From assembly GCA_016342715.1 (NCBI GenBank), contig JAEINW010000003.1, positions 604 to 64,603 on the forward strand: a stretch of DNA of 64,000 bases. The letters run 5' to 3'. The DNA comes from Salinivirgaceae bacterium (GTDB taxonomy: Bacteria > Bacteroidota > Bacteroidia > Bacteroidales > SZUA-534). The position numbers were made by a program, and so were the translations under genes. The notes beneath the pieces were generated by a model. The model was not told where the DNA came from, made no database searches, and was given only the letters and a program-made list of their open reading frames with translations. Shown piece after piece: positions 47,670 to 57,346 of this stretch; position 1 is the first letter of the stretch; every line of letters begins with the position of its first letter.

Positions 47670-48264
47670 ATGGCAGATTCAAAAACACCACTTGAAGCGG
47701 ATAGATATTACCACATTTATAACCATGCTGTTGGAAATGAAAAGTTGTTTTCAATTGAAAAAAAATTATTGTTATTTTCTAAGTCTTTTTGGTAAATATC
47801 TGTCAAAATTGGTTGATGTTTATGCTTATTGTTTAATGCCAAATCATTTTCATTTAATTATAAAAGTAAAAAGTAGAAATGAGATTTTGGATTTTAGCAA
47901 TGAAAATTCGGATATTGATGTTCCAAAAATAATAAGCAAACAGTTTTCTCATTTTTTTAATAGCTATGCACAAGCATATAATAAACAGCAAAACAGAAAG
48001 GGTAGTTTGTTTAATAATAGATATAAAAGAATTGAAATTATTTCAGATGAATATTTGATTAAATTAATTCATTACATTCATTTTAATCCTGTAGAAGCAA
48101 ATCTTTGTAAGAAGATTTCTGATTGGAGATATTCTTCATATAATTCTGTTTTATCTGAAAAAGAAACATTACTAGCTCGTGATGAAGTTATAAAAATGTT
48201 TTCTGATGTAAATAATTTTATTTATTGTCACCAAATACCGCCAAGCATCTCAGGTATTAATTAA
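47670..48264 (+). pseudogene. REP-associated tyrosine transposase (RAYT, IS200/Y1 HUH family) with a +1 A frameshift
   Basis: YYHIYNHAVGNEKLF (frame 1) continues as NYCYFLSLFGKYL..YAYCLMPNHFHLIIKV..IHYIHFNPVEANL (frame 2). The break is in the A8 run at 47758-47765; A7 would restore one ORF. Confidence 0.8.
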
Positions 48265-48280
48265 TAAAATTGCTTAATAT

Positions 48281-48313
48281 AGCCCTACTAGGGTTATAAA
48301 CCCTAGTAGGGCT
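48281..48313. repeat. REP hairpin R2 (AGCCCTACTAGGG-TTATAAA-CCCTAGTAGGGCT)
   Basis: Perfect 13-bp arms. It differs from R1 by one compensated base pair (G-C to T-A). Confidence 0.9.
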
Positions 48314-48420
48314 AGGCTAATTTTAAAATGCTGCTTTAAATCATGCACAAATTTAGTGTGTGAATGCTAAGGTTTTATTAATCTTGCACAACTTTTAATA
48401 ACTACAATATATATCTAATA

Positions 48421-49923
48421 ATGGGAAACATACATTATATATCTCCAGATTATTTAACCTTCGATAAAATCGAAGAAATTTTAGAAAGTGGCTGTAAGTT
48501 AGCACTTTCAGAAGAGGCGATTAAGCTAATTGCCAATTGTCGTGAATACCTTGATAAAAAAGTAGCATCACATCCCGATCCAATTTATGGAATTAATACA
48601 GGTTTTGGTTCGCTTTGTAACAAATCTATCTCAAACGATGAGTTAGGCCAGTTACAGAAAAACTTGGTTATGTCGCATGCTTGCGGCACAGGAGCAGAAG
48701 TGCGCGACGAAATTGTAAAATTAATGCTTTTACTAAAAGCGCATGCCTTGTCGCTTGGTAAGAGTGGTGTGCAGGTTGAAACGGTAGAGCGAATTATTGA
48801 CATGTATAACAACGATGTAGTACCTGTGGTTTTTGAAATGGGATCGTTAGGTGCATCGGGAGATTTAGCTCCTTTAGCAAATCTTTTTTTACCCTTACTT
48901 GGCTTAGGTGAAGTGTATTATAAAGGAACAAAATATCCTTCGAGCGAAGTTTTTGCTGAGTTAGGTTGGATGCCCATTGAGTTAAAATCAAAAGAAGGTT
49001 TAGCACTTTTAAATGGAACGCAATTTATGAGTGCTCATGCAGTATATTCATTATTAAAAACTTTCCGTTTGGTAAAATTTGCCGATATTGTTGGGGCTAC
49101 TTCATTAGAAGCTTTCGATGGCAGGTTAGAACCTTTTACTGATTTGCTACATCAGATTCGTCCACACGAAGGACAAATCGAAACCGCAAAAAATATTCGA
49201 AATATTTTAAAGGGAAGTCAAATTATGGCTCAACCTAAAAAACATGTTCAGGATCCTTATTCATTCCGTTGCATACCACAGGTTCATGGTGCAACTAAAG
49301 ATTCAGTCAAACATATTTCCAAGGTAGTTGAAATTGAAATAAATTCAGTTACCGATAATCCAACCGTATTTCCGGAAGAAGATTTGGTGCTTTCTGGTGG
49401 AAATTTTCATGGACAGCCTTTAGCCGTAAATTTAGATTATTTGGCCATTGTTGTTGCTGAATTAGGCAATATTTCAGAACGCAGAACCGCTCAATTGATT
49501 TTGGGATTGCGCGGGTTACCAGAGTTTTTGGTGGCTAATCCTGGATTAAATTCTGGGTTTATGATTCCGCAATATGCAGCTGCATCTGTAGTTAGTATGA
49601 ATAAACAACTTTGTACACCTTGTAGTGTTGATTCTATCGTTTCATCAAACGGACAAGAAGATCATGTAAGCATGGGTGCAAATGCAGCTACAAAAGCTTT
49701 AAAAGTAGTTGAAAATGTGGAACGAGTGCTGGCTATTGAATTAATGAATGCGGCTCAAGGAGTTGACTTGCGAAAACCCTTACAACCTTCGCCATATATA
49801 GCTGATTTTGTAGGGCAATTCCGATTGTCAGTTCCATTTATTGACGAAGATAAAGTGATGTATAAAGAAATGGATGAAGCAGTTAAATTTCTACAACATG
49901 GTAAATTTGGAAATTTTAATTAA
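48421..49923 (+). CDS. hutH: Histidine ammonia-lyase
   Basis: GSLGASGDLAPL (MIO-forming ASG), 500 aa, typical HAL length. Confidence 0.95.
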   Translation: MGNIHYISPDYLTFDKIEEILESGCKLALSEEAIKLIANCREYLDKKVASHPDPIYGINTGFGSLCNKSISNDELGQLQKNLVMSHACGTGAEVRDEIVKLMLLLKAHALSLGKSGVQVETVERIIDMYNNDVVPVVFEMGSLGASGDLAPLANLFLPLLGLGEVYYKGTKYPSSEVFAELGWMPIELKSKEGLALLNGTQFMSAHAVYSLLKTFRLVKFADIVGATSLEAFDGRLEPFTDLLHQIRPHEGQIETAKNIRNILKGSQIMAQPKKHVQDPYSFRCIPQVHGATKDSVKHISKVVEIEINSVTDNPTVFPEEDLVLSGGNFHGQPLAVNLDYLAIVVAELGNISERRTAQLILGLRGLPEFLVANPGLNSGFMIPQYAAASVVSMNKQLCTPCSVDSIVSSNGQEDHVSMGANAATKALKVVENVERVLAIELMNAAQGVDLRKPLQPSPYIADFVGQFRLSVPFIDEDKVMYKEMDEAVKFLQHGKFGNFN

Positions 49924-49947
49924 ATTTTAATCAGTATTATATAATAT

Positions 49948-49983
49948 AAAACGGTTGTCATTTTATGGCAACCGTTTTTTTTT
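49948..49983 (+). terminator. Rho-independent terminator after hutH
   Basis: AAAACGGTTG..CAACCGTTTT stem followed by a T9 run. Confidence 0.75.
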
Positions 49984-50030
49984 ATTGTTGTATCTTTAGA
50001 ATGATAGAATGACGTTTACGTTAATAAGTT

Positions 50031-50960
50031 ATGATAAAACAACAAGGTTATATTTTGATTTACGGTGCCACCGGATTGGTTGGGCAAGAACTAGTGCCTT
50101 TTTTGATAGAAAAGGGTCACAAAGTTGCGGTTTTAGCCCGAAATGTAACTAAGGCAAAACAATTATTTGGCACTGCTATAATTATTCTTTCCACTGAAGG
50201 GAATTATCAAAATATTTGTAGTGATACTGATTTTCATTATAAAGCAATTATAAATCTTGCCGGAGCTAATGTTGGTTCAAAATCGTGGACCAAAGAATAT
50301 AAAAATGAAATAGTTAAAAGTAGAGTGCAATCTATTGAAGTTTTAAAAGCTTGTGTTGATCAAATGGTAGTAAAACCTAAGGTATGGGTTCAAGCTTCTG
50401 CAGTTGGGTATTACGGTGCAAATGTTATAAATGAAACAGATGAATTGGGCAAAAAAGGTGAGGGCTTTTTAGCAAATGTAGTTTCAATTTGGGAGGAAAC
50501 GCTTGATATTTATAATTTGCCTGTAATGCGTAAAGTATTTTTACGATTAGGCATTGTAATGACCAAAAAAGGGGGTTTTTTGAAGCAAATGTTAAATGTT
50601 TCAAACCTAGGAGTTGTTGCTTTGCCTTATGTTGAAAATCAGAAATTGGCATGGATTCACATCCATGATTTAATTAATGTAATTCAAGAAAGCATTAGCA
50701 ATATTAATTACACAGGAAAAGTAAATGTAGTTTCCCCAAAGCCTGCATCTTTGGATGAAATGAAAAATCAGTTACTTAAAAATTCAAGGGCATTTTTTAA
50801 AATTAGAGTCCCAAAATTCATTTTTAACTTAGTTATAGGATCAGTTAAAACCAAAGAAATGATTTTGGCTAATCAAAATATAGTTTCAAATGTATTGATT
50901 AATAATAATTTCAATTACCAGTTTGAAAACCTGAATTCTGTATTTGAAAGTGATTTGTAG
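50031..50960 (+). CDS. TIGR01777-like NAD-dependent epimerase/SDR (YfcH-like) protein
   Basis: ILIYGATGLVGQELVPFLIEKGHKV Rossmann N-terminus, ~300 aa. Confidence 0.75.
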   Translation: MIKQQGYILIYGATGLVGQELVPFLIEKGHKVAVLARNVTKAKQLFGTAIIILSTEGNYQNICSDTDFHYKAIINLAGANVGSKSWTKEYKNEIVKSRVQSIEVLKACVDQMVVKPKVWVQASAVGYYGANVINETDELGKKGEGFLANVVSIWEETLDIYNLPVMRKVFLRLGIVMTKKGGFLKQMLNVSNLGVVALPYVENQKLAWIHIHDLINVIQESISNINYTGKVNVVSPKPASLDEMKNQLLKNSRAFFKIRVPKFIFNLVIGSVKTKEMILANQNIVSNVLINNNFNYQFENLNSVFESDL

Positions 50961-51066
50961 CGTTGTGTTTCCTTAAAGATATTTTTGTTAAAATAAAATA
51001 TTGTTTAAGCTTTGAACAAAAAACGTTAAACAATGTTTTTATGCAACAAGCTTTAAATTGAATGTA

Positions 51067-53460
51067 ATGAAAAAATATATAGTATTACTTTTTTTAATAG
51101 TACCAGGTTTTTTGATGGCTCAAAAGGGAACCTTACAAGGCTTGCTTGTTAATGCTATTAATAATGAACCTGTTCCCTTTGCAAATGTGCTTATATATGG
51201 AACAGCCATTGGATCGGTTAGCGATTTAGATGGTAATTTTAAATTTTTTGGATTGGAACCCGGTTTTGTGCGAGTGCAAGTTTCATCCATTGGATTTGAA
51301 ACTAAAGTATCTGATGAAATTCAGGTGACCAATGCAAAAACAAGATTTATAGAAATTAAAGTAGTGGAAAGCACAACGGATCTGGAGGAAGTAACAGTTA
51401 AGACATCGCAATTTAAGCGTAAGGAAGAAAGTCCTGTGTCGATGCGCAGTATTGGTATTGCTGAAATTGAAAAAAATCCGGGTGGTAATCGTGATATTAG
51501 CAAAGTAATTCAGTCATTACCTGGAGTGGCTGGTTCTGTCTCTTTTCGAAACGATATAATTGTTCGGGGTGGTGGACCCAGCGAAAATAGGTTTTATTTA
51601 GACGCTGTGGAAATTCCAAATTTAAATCACTTTGCAACTCAAGGTGCATCAGGCGGACCTGTTGGTATGATTAATGTTGATTTTATCAGGAATGTTGATT
51701 TTTATTCGGGGGCTTTTCCTGCAAACCGTGGAAATGCATTAAGTTCCGTGCTCGATTTTCAACAAATTGATGGAAATAAAGAGAAAATGAAATATAGAGC
51801 AACTATTGGAGCTTCCGATTTAGCTTTAACTTTAGATGGTCCTATCGGTGATAAAACCAGTTTGGTGTTTTCTGCTCGTCGTTCGTATTTGCAGTTTTTA
51901 TTTCAAGTAATTGGATTGCCCTTTTTGCCTACATACAATGATGTTCAGTTTAAAATAAAATCGCACATCGACGAAAAAAATGAAATCACATTTATTGGTT
52001 TGGGAGCTTTAGACCAGTTTGAATTGAATTTAAAAGCCAATGAAACAGAAGAGCAACGTTACATTTTAGGATACTTGCCAGTTAATGAGCAGTGGAATTA
52101 TACCGTGGGGGGTATTTACAAGCATTACCGAGAAAAAGGGTATCATACCTTGGTTTTAAGCCGCAATCATTTAAATAATTCTGCCTATAAATATTTGGAT
52201 AATGATGAAACTACGCCTAAAATATTTGATTATAAATCAGATGAGGTTGAGACAAAACTAAGATATGAAAATACCATGCGAACCGAAAAGGGTTTTAAAA
52301 TAAACTTTGGAGCTGGTATGGAATATGCGCAATATTTTAACGATACCTATCAACTTCGCTTTGTTAATAATGCTCCTGTAGCAATTGACTATGAAACAAA
52401 TTTAGATTTGGTTAAATGGAGTGGTTTTGGTCAAGTGAGTAAAGGTATTTTTAATCAACGCTTAATTGTTTCATTGGGTTTACGAATGGATGCAAATAAT
52501 TATTCGAGCGATATGAATAACTTGTTTGAGCAAATTTCACCAAGATTATCCTTAAGCTATCCTATAGGGGATAAATGGGCGGCGAATTTTAACACAGGTA
52601 AGTTTTATCAATTGCCTCCATATACAACGCTTGGTTATGGAGGACAAAATGGAGTGTTGGTAAATAAAGACAATGGTATAAAATATATCCAATCAGATCA
52701 TTTAGTAGGAGGTTTAGAATATTTACCCAACGAGAAATCTAAAATTACCTTAGAAGGGTTTTATAAAAAGTATAATGATTATCCATTTTCAGTAAACGAT
52801 GGTGTGGCAATATCCAGTAAAGGTAGTGATTTTGGCACTTTTGGAGATGAAGAGGTTACTCCAACAGGTGTTGGTCGATCTTACGGAATTGAGCTTTATA
52901 TGCGCCACACAAGTTTATTTAAATTTAACACCATATTATCTTATACTTGGGTTACAAGTGAATTTGAAGATGCTACAGGTTCTTACATTCCAACAGCATG
53001 GGATAATAAACATTTATTTAACTTAACAGCTACTCGCAGTTTTAAAAATAATTGGGATTTTGGTTTTAAATATCGCTTTGCCGCTGGTGCTCCATATACT
53101 CCCGATGATTTAGTAAAATCAAGTTATATTTCGGCTTGGGATGCTCAGCAAAGAGCGTATCTTGATTATTCGCAATTTAATAGTGTGCGCTTAAATAATT
53201 TTACTCAGTTAGATGTGCGTGTAGATAAAAGTTTTTATTTCGACAACTGGTCGTTTATGGTGTATTTAGATATTCAGAATATTTTAGGTTCAAAAATAGA
53301 CACCCCTGATATTTTAACTGTTGATACAGATGTAAATGGAGTTAAGGTTATTGACAATCCTGGTGACCCTATTGCAGATCAACGATATAAAATGCGTTTT
53401 ATTGAAACCAATGGACAAGGCACTGTTTTGCCAACCATTGGAATTATGTTTGAATTTTAA
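51067..53460 (+). CDS. TonB-dependent receptor with CarboxypepD_reg-like domain
   Basis: Signal peptide; GNFKFFGLEPGFVRVQVSSIGFE; plug IIVRGGGPSENRFYLDAVEI; barrel ending MFEF. ATG at 51067 (the track starts at a TTG at 51058). Confidence 0.9.
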   Translation: MKKYIVLLFLIVPGFLMAQKGTLQGLLVNAINNEPVPFANVLIYGTAIGSVSDLDGNFKFFGLEPGFVRVQVSSIGFETKVSDEIQVTNAKTRFIEIKVVESTTDLEEVTVKTSQFKRKEESPVSMRSIGIAEIEKNPGGNRDISKVIQSLPGVAGSVSFRNDIIVRGGGPSENRFYLDAVEIPNLNHFATQGASGGPVGMINVDFIRNVDFYSGAFPANRGNALSSVLDFQQIDGNKEKMKYRATIGASDLALTLDGPIGDKTSLVFSARRSYLQFLFQVIGLPFLPTYNDVQFKIKSHIDEKNEITFIGLGALDQFELNLKANETEEQRYILGYLPVNEQWNYTVGGIYKHYREKGYHTLVLSRNHLNNSAYKYLDNDETTPKIFDYKSDEVETKLRYENTMRTEKGFKINFGAGMEYAQYFNDTYQLRFVNNAPVAIDYETNLDLVKWSGFGQVSKGIFNQRLIVSLGLRMDANNYSSDMNNLFEQISPRLSLSYPIGDKWAANFNTGKFYQLPPYTTLGYGGQNGVLVNKDNGIKYIQSDHLVGGLEYLPNEKSKITLEGFYKKYNDYPFSVNDGVAISSKGSDFGTFGDEEVTPTGVGRSYGIELYMRHTSLFKFNTILSYTWVTSEFEDATGSYIPTAWDNKHLFNLTATRSFKNNWDFGFKYRFAAGAPYTPDDLVKSSYISAWDAQQRAYLDYSQFNSVRLNNFTQLDVRVDKSFYFDNWSFMVYLDIQNILGSKIDTPDILTVDTDVNGVKVIDNPGDPIADQRYKMRFIETNGQGTVLPTIGIMFEF

Positions 53461-53475
53461 TTAGTAAAAGTTACT

Positions 53476-53508
53476 AGCCCTCGTAGGGTTTAAAACCTTA
53501 CGAGGGCT
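53476..53508. repeat. REP hairpin R3 (inverted orientation, one G-U pair)
   Basis: AGCCCTCGTAGGG-TTTAAAA-CCTTACGAGGGCT, 16 nt after the receptor stop codon. It may double as a terminator. Confidence 0.85.
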
Positions 53509-53524
53509 CTAAATTTTAAAAATT

Positions 53525-54286
53525 ATGAAGTATTTTAGAATAAATATTCTATTGGCTGCAGTAATTGTAATAGGAGTTATATTACAAAGTAGTTTTGAGC
53601 CTGATAAGAAAAAGAAAGCACCCAAAGAAAGCATTCAAGCAAATGTTAATGCAAATGGCACTATTTTGGAATTTATGCTTGTTGCAGGGAAAGAACACAA
53701 TCATCCAACATTTGCATTTTGGATTGAGAATTTAGATGGAACATTTGTGCAGGAGCTATTTGTAACTAAATCATTATCGACTGGAATTTACGGTCATGGA
53801 CAAAAAGTTGAAGGGGTTTGGGATACTGAGCCAGGAGAAGTCAGAAGGCCTGCCACTTTACCTTATTTTCTGCATAAACGTGGTGTAAAAGCTGAAGATG
53901 GCACCTATTTACCAACTCCTAAAAAACCAATTGTTGATGCATATACTGGAGCTACTCCTGCAGCTGACTTTGATTTGGAGGCAAAATCGAATGAAAAGTT
54001 GAGCGGGAAATATCGAATACTTTTTGAGCTAAACCAGTCTTGGGACTGGAATGAGTTTTGGAACAATACAAAACATATTGATGAACTTAATTATAAAACA
54101 TCCTGTCAGCCAGCTCTAGTATATTCTGTGGTAATTGACTTTGACAATCCTATGGATTATTATGCTTTAAACCCAATGGGTCATAGCCATTATTCTGGAA
54201 AAACAGGAGAGTTATTTACAGATATATCTACTCTTACAACTGCCAAGCATATTTTTGATAAAATTGAAGTTAGGGTAAAAAAATAA
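53525..54286 (+). CDS. Secreted hypothetical protein, possibly DUF2271-like, partner of the TonB receptor
   Basis: Signal/anchor helix; PTFAFWIENLDGTFVQELFV segment. The family assignment is tentative. Confidence 0.45.
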   Translation: MKYFRINILLAAVIVIGVILQSSFEPDKKKKAPKESIQANVNANGTILEFMLVAGKEHNHPTFAFWIENLDGTFVQELFVTKSLSTGIYGHGQKVEGVWDTEPGEVRRPATLPYFLHKRGVKAEDGTYLPTPKKPIVDAYTGATPAADFDLEAKSNEKLSGKYRILFELNQSWDWNEFWNNTKHIDELNYKTSCQPALVYSVVIDFDNPMDYYALNPMGHSHYSGKTGELFTDISTLTTAKHIFDKIEVRVKK

Positions 54287-54334
54287 TAGTAATATTTATT
54301 GCCATCAATTTGGATCACCTTCATCCGTGATAGT

Positions 54335-54945
54335 TATTTTTGTTTTCTAATGCCGACATATCCTTTGGATGCTGTCATATTAGTGTTGCCTTATCACAAA
54401 AGCGTCGCAGAACTTTTGTCAATAAAAAACGAGACTAACAAAGCAAAAGGTTTTCCAATACTAGAGTTTTAGTAGTTCCAATGCCGATAGATCTTGCAGA
54501 TGCTATCGGATAGGTGATAACTTTATCACGAAAGCATACTGAATATTTTTCATCGATAGCATATTGAGTTAACCATAGCGTTTATTAATAATGGAGTTTT
54601 TGTTTTCTAATGCTGACAGATCCTTTGGATGCTGTCAGATTGGTGTTGCCTTATCACGAAAGCATACGAAGTATCTTTCGTCGATAAAAAAAGATGTTAA
54701 CAACAGCGTAGGTTTGCCCATGAAGTAAGGTGCTGCGCATGGTTTTTGCATGGTGTTGTCTTATCACGAAAGCGTCGCAGAACTTTTGTTGATAAAAAAC
54801 GAGACTAACAATGGGAAAGGTTTTCCAATACTAAAGTTTTTGTTTTCTAATGCTGACAGATCCTTTGGATGCTGTCAGATTGGTGTTGCCTTATCACGAA
54901 AGCATACGAAGTATCTTTCGTCGATAAGCATACTAAGCTAATAAT
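54335..54945 (+). repeat. Array of five head-to-tail ~120-nt modules, each with two conserved hairpins (candidate structured ncRNA array)
   Basis: 54595-54687 is identical to 54835-54927 (240-bp period), and 54391-54475 is about 90 percent identical to 54761-54840. Compensatory stem substitutions occur between modules. The strand is uncertain. Confidence 0.7.
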
Positions 54946-55198
54946 GTAGATGCTAAGCTAATTGGTTTTTCATCAATGCGGCAATATGCATTACATATTT
55001 ACTAGTTGATAGAAAAAAACGTTATGCGAATTATAGGCTGTAAATTTATTTTGAAGTGTAACCCAGCCCGAAACTTCAGTTTTACTCTGTATTATGGTTA
55101 AAAATTATAGCAATTCATTACTATTTCCTGTCATATTATTGCAATCACCAATTCCTAAATAGTATATTTGTAATCTAAAAAATCTAGAACTGCAATTG

Positions 55199-55543
55199 AT
55201 GAAGATACAGGAATTATTGGCATTAGTCGATGGTAAGGTTGTTACCAGTAGTGATTACAATTCATACGATATTGAATATGGTTTGGCATCCGATTTAATG
55301 AGTGATGTGCTCACGTTTGATGTGGAAAACTCAATTTTAATTACAGGTTTAGCAAACTTGCAAACTATTCGCACCTTGGAGATGTCAGATATTGAATGTG
55401 TAATTATTGCACGAAATAAGAAGGTAACTCCTGAAATGATTGAATTAGCTAATGAAAAACAAATTACAATTATTGATTCGCCTTACACTATTTTTAGAAT
55501 TTCAGGTATACTTTATGAAAACGGCATAAAACCTTTATATTAA
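55199..55543 (+). CDS. DRTGG domain protein
   Basis: ASDLMSDVL..ILITGLANLQTIRTLEMSDIECVIIARNK. First gene of the hydrogenase-sensor cluster. Confidence 0.75.
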   Translation: MKIQELLALVDGKVVTSSDYNSYDIEYGLASDLMSDVLTFDVENSILITGLANLQTIRTLEMSDIECVIIARNKKVTPEMIELANEKQITIIDSPYTIFRISGILYENGIKPLY

Positions 55544-55968
55544 TGATGCAGTTTGAATATAAAGTTGAGGGGGGTGATTTTACCAATGCTGGGAATGCAT
55601 CAAGCGAGGTAAAAAAAATATTAAAAAAGCTCAATGTAAGTCCAAAAATTACCCGTAGGGTGGTAGTAGCTTTATATGAAGCAGAAGTAAATATTGTAGC
55701 TCATGCCTACCGAGGAGATATTATTGTTGAAATTGATACTGAAAAAATTAGAATTCAATTAAATGATGAAGGTCCGGGTATTGATAGTATTGAACAGGCT
55801 ATGACTGAAGGATTTTCAACCGCATCAGAACAAGTTCGTGAAATGGGATTTGGAGCTGGAATGGGTTTGCCAAATATTAATAGAAATGCTGATGAATTGA
55901 ATATTACTTCTGAAATAGGCAAGGGAACCAATTTGGAAATAATAACTTATTTAAATAAAGAGAATTAA
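55543..55968 (+). CDS. RsbW-like HATPase (anti-sigma-type Ser/Thr kinase) protein
   Basis: EAEVNIVAHAY..DEGPGIDSIEQA..GFGAGMGLPNI..GKGTNLEI. The start overlaps the upstream stop. Confidence 0.8.
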   Translation: MMQFEYKVEGGDFTNAGNASSEVKKILKKLNVSPKITRRVVVALYEAEVNIVAHAYRGDIIVEIDTEKIRIQLNDEGPGIDSIEQAMTEGFSTASEQVREMGFGAGMGLPNINRNADELNITSEIGKGTNLEIITYLNKEN

Positions 55969-55969
55969 A

Positions 55970-57334
55970 ATGGATCAACCGTTTTTTTTTCATGCACTAA
56001 AAGTTGATGATAAAGCCTGTATTGGTTGTTCTCATTGTATGAATGCATGTCCTACTGAAGCAATTCGAATTTGGAATGGGAAAGCGGTAATTGATGATAA
56101 TAAATGTGTAGATTGTGGGGAATGTTTTCGCGTTTGTCAGGTAAATGCTATTTATGTTGAGGATAATGACTTTGAACAAATCTATCGTTTTAAATACAGA
56201 GTAGCGTTATTCCCAGCAGTTTTTGTAGGTCAGTTTCCCGAAGAAATAAAGGTCAGTCAGATTTATTCAGAGTTGCATAAAATTGGTTTTACTCACTTGT
56301 TTGAGGTAGAGCGGGCGGTTGAAATATTGAATGAATCTATTGTGGATTATCAAGAAAATAAAGAAAATGAATTACCCATTATTTCATCTTTTTGCCCAGC
56401 AATTATCCGATTGATACAAGTTAAATTCCCATCGTTGGTTGATAATATTCTCCGACTGGGAACGCCTAGCGATATAGCAGCCCATTTTTATAAACAAAAA
56501 CTAATCGATGAGGGTATTCCAGTTAATGAAATAGGAATTTTTTACATTACCCCATGTGCAGCTAAAATTGCCGCAATTAAAAATCCGGTTGGTGAAGAAA
56601 AATCAATTGTCGATGGGGCTATTAATTTAAATCGTTTATTCAATAAGGTTTATCGAAACATTAAACAAGCAACCGAAGATGTTTTAATATCGCAAGCTAC
56701 GGAATTATTTAGTTATGAGGTTTTATGGACCCTTACTAAAGGAGAATCGTCAAGAGTAAAGGGCAGAGCTTTGGCTATTGATGGAATAAATAGCGTCATG
56801 GAATTTCTTGAAAAAGTAGAAAATAGGGAGGTTCATAATATTGATTATTTAGAATGCCGCGCTTGCAAAGAAGGCTGTGCAGGTGGAATTTTAAATCCTC
56901 AAAACAGGTTTTTAACCGTCGAACGCTTAAATAAAAGAGTTTCATTAAACTTAAAAAAGAATAAGCAATTTTCATCTTCAGGTATTGTGAATTACAAGGA
57001 ATATTTGAATGAGAAAATGATTTTAGATAAGTTGGTTCCACGATCGATGATGATGTTGGATTCAGACATGGCTTTGGCCATGAAGAAAATGGTAAAAGCA
57101 CAAAAAATTGAAGCCGAACTTCCTGGAATTGACTGTGGAGCTTGTGGAGCACCATCATGTAAAGCGTTGAGCGAAGATATTGTTAAGGGAGATGCAACAC
57201 TTTCGCATTGTGTTTTTGTGCAAAATGTGCTCATGCAAAATGGCGAAATTAATATGGAAACGGCTTTTGCTATTATTGATAAAATTTGGGGTGAGCACAA
57301 AGTTGTAAAAGGATCGATAAAATCGGGTAAATAA
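55970..57334 (+). CDS. [FeFe]-hydrogenase-like sensory protein (2x[4Fe-4S] ferredoxin, divergent H-domain, C-terminal 4-Cys domain)
   Basis: CIGCSHCMNACP and CVDCGECFRVC. H-cluster motif positions read SSFCPAI, ITPCAAK and ECRACKEGCAGG. C-terminal CGACGAPSCKALSEDIVKGDATLSHC. Confidence 0.8.
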   Translation: MDQPFFFHALKVDDKACIGCSHCMNACPTEAIRIWNGKAVIDDNKCVDCGECFRVCQVNAIYVEDNDFEQIYRFKYRVALFPAVFVGQFPEEIKVSQIYSELHKIGFTHLFEVERAVEILNESIVDYQENKENELPIISSFCPAIIRLIQVKFPSLVDNILRLGTPSDIAAHFYKQKLIDEGIPVNEIGIFYITPCAAKIAAIKNPVGEEKSIVDGAINLNRLFNKVYRNIKQATEDVLISQATELFSYEVLWTLTKGESSRVKGRALAIDGINSVMEFLEKVENREVHNIDYLECRACKEGCAGGILNPQNRFLTVERLNKRVSLNLKKNKQFSSSGIVNYKEYLNEKMILDKLVPRSMMMLDSDMALAMKKMVKAQKIEAELPGIDCGACGAPSCKALSEDIVKGDATLSHCVFVQNVLMQNGEINMETAFAIIDKIWGEHKVVKGSIKSGK

Positions 57335-57346
57335 AAAAGTACTGAA

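Larger units (their letters stand above)
47616..48313 (+). mobile_element. REPtron: RAYT gene flanked by two REP hairpins
   Basis: REP hairpins at 47616-47648 and 48281-48313 bracket the Y1-transposase-like ORF, which sits between hisS and hutH. Confidence 0.8.

Noticed and set aside
54750-54941. 63-aa ORF inside the structured repeat array, and the short peptide-like ORFs starting at the ATG of each module
   Set aside because: The frame is not conserved between module variants. Module 2 has a stop and a 1-nt indel, and tail variants B and C differ by indels. Substitutions preserve base pairing rather than codons.
54335-54945. Possible CRISPR array
   Set aside because: The units are ~120 nt, contiguous and mutually homologous over their whole length. 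There are no unique spacers, no short 25-40 nt direct repeat, and no cas genes in the window.
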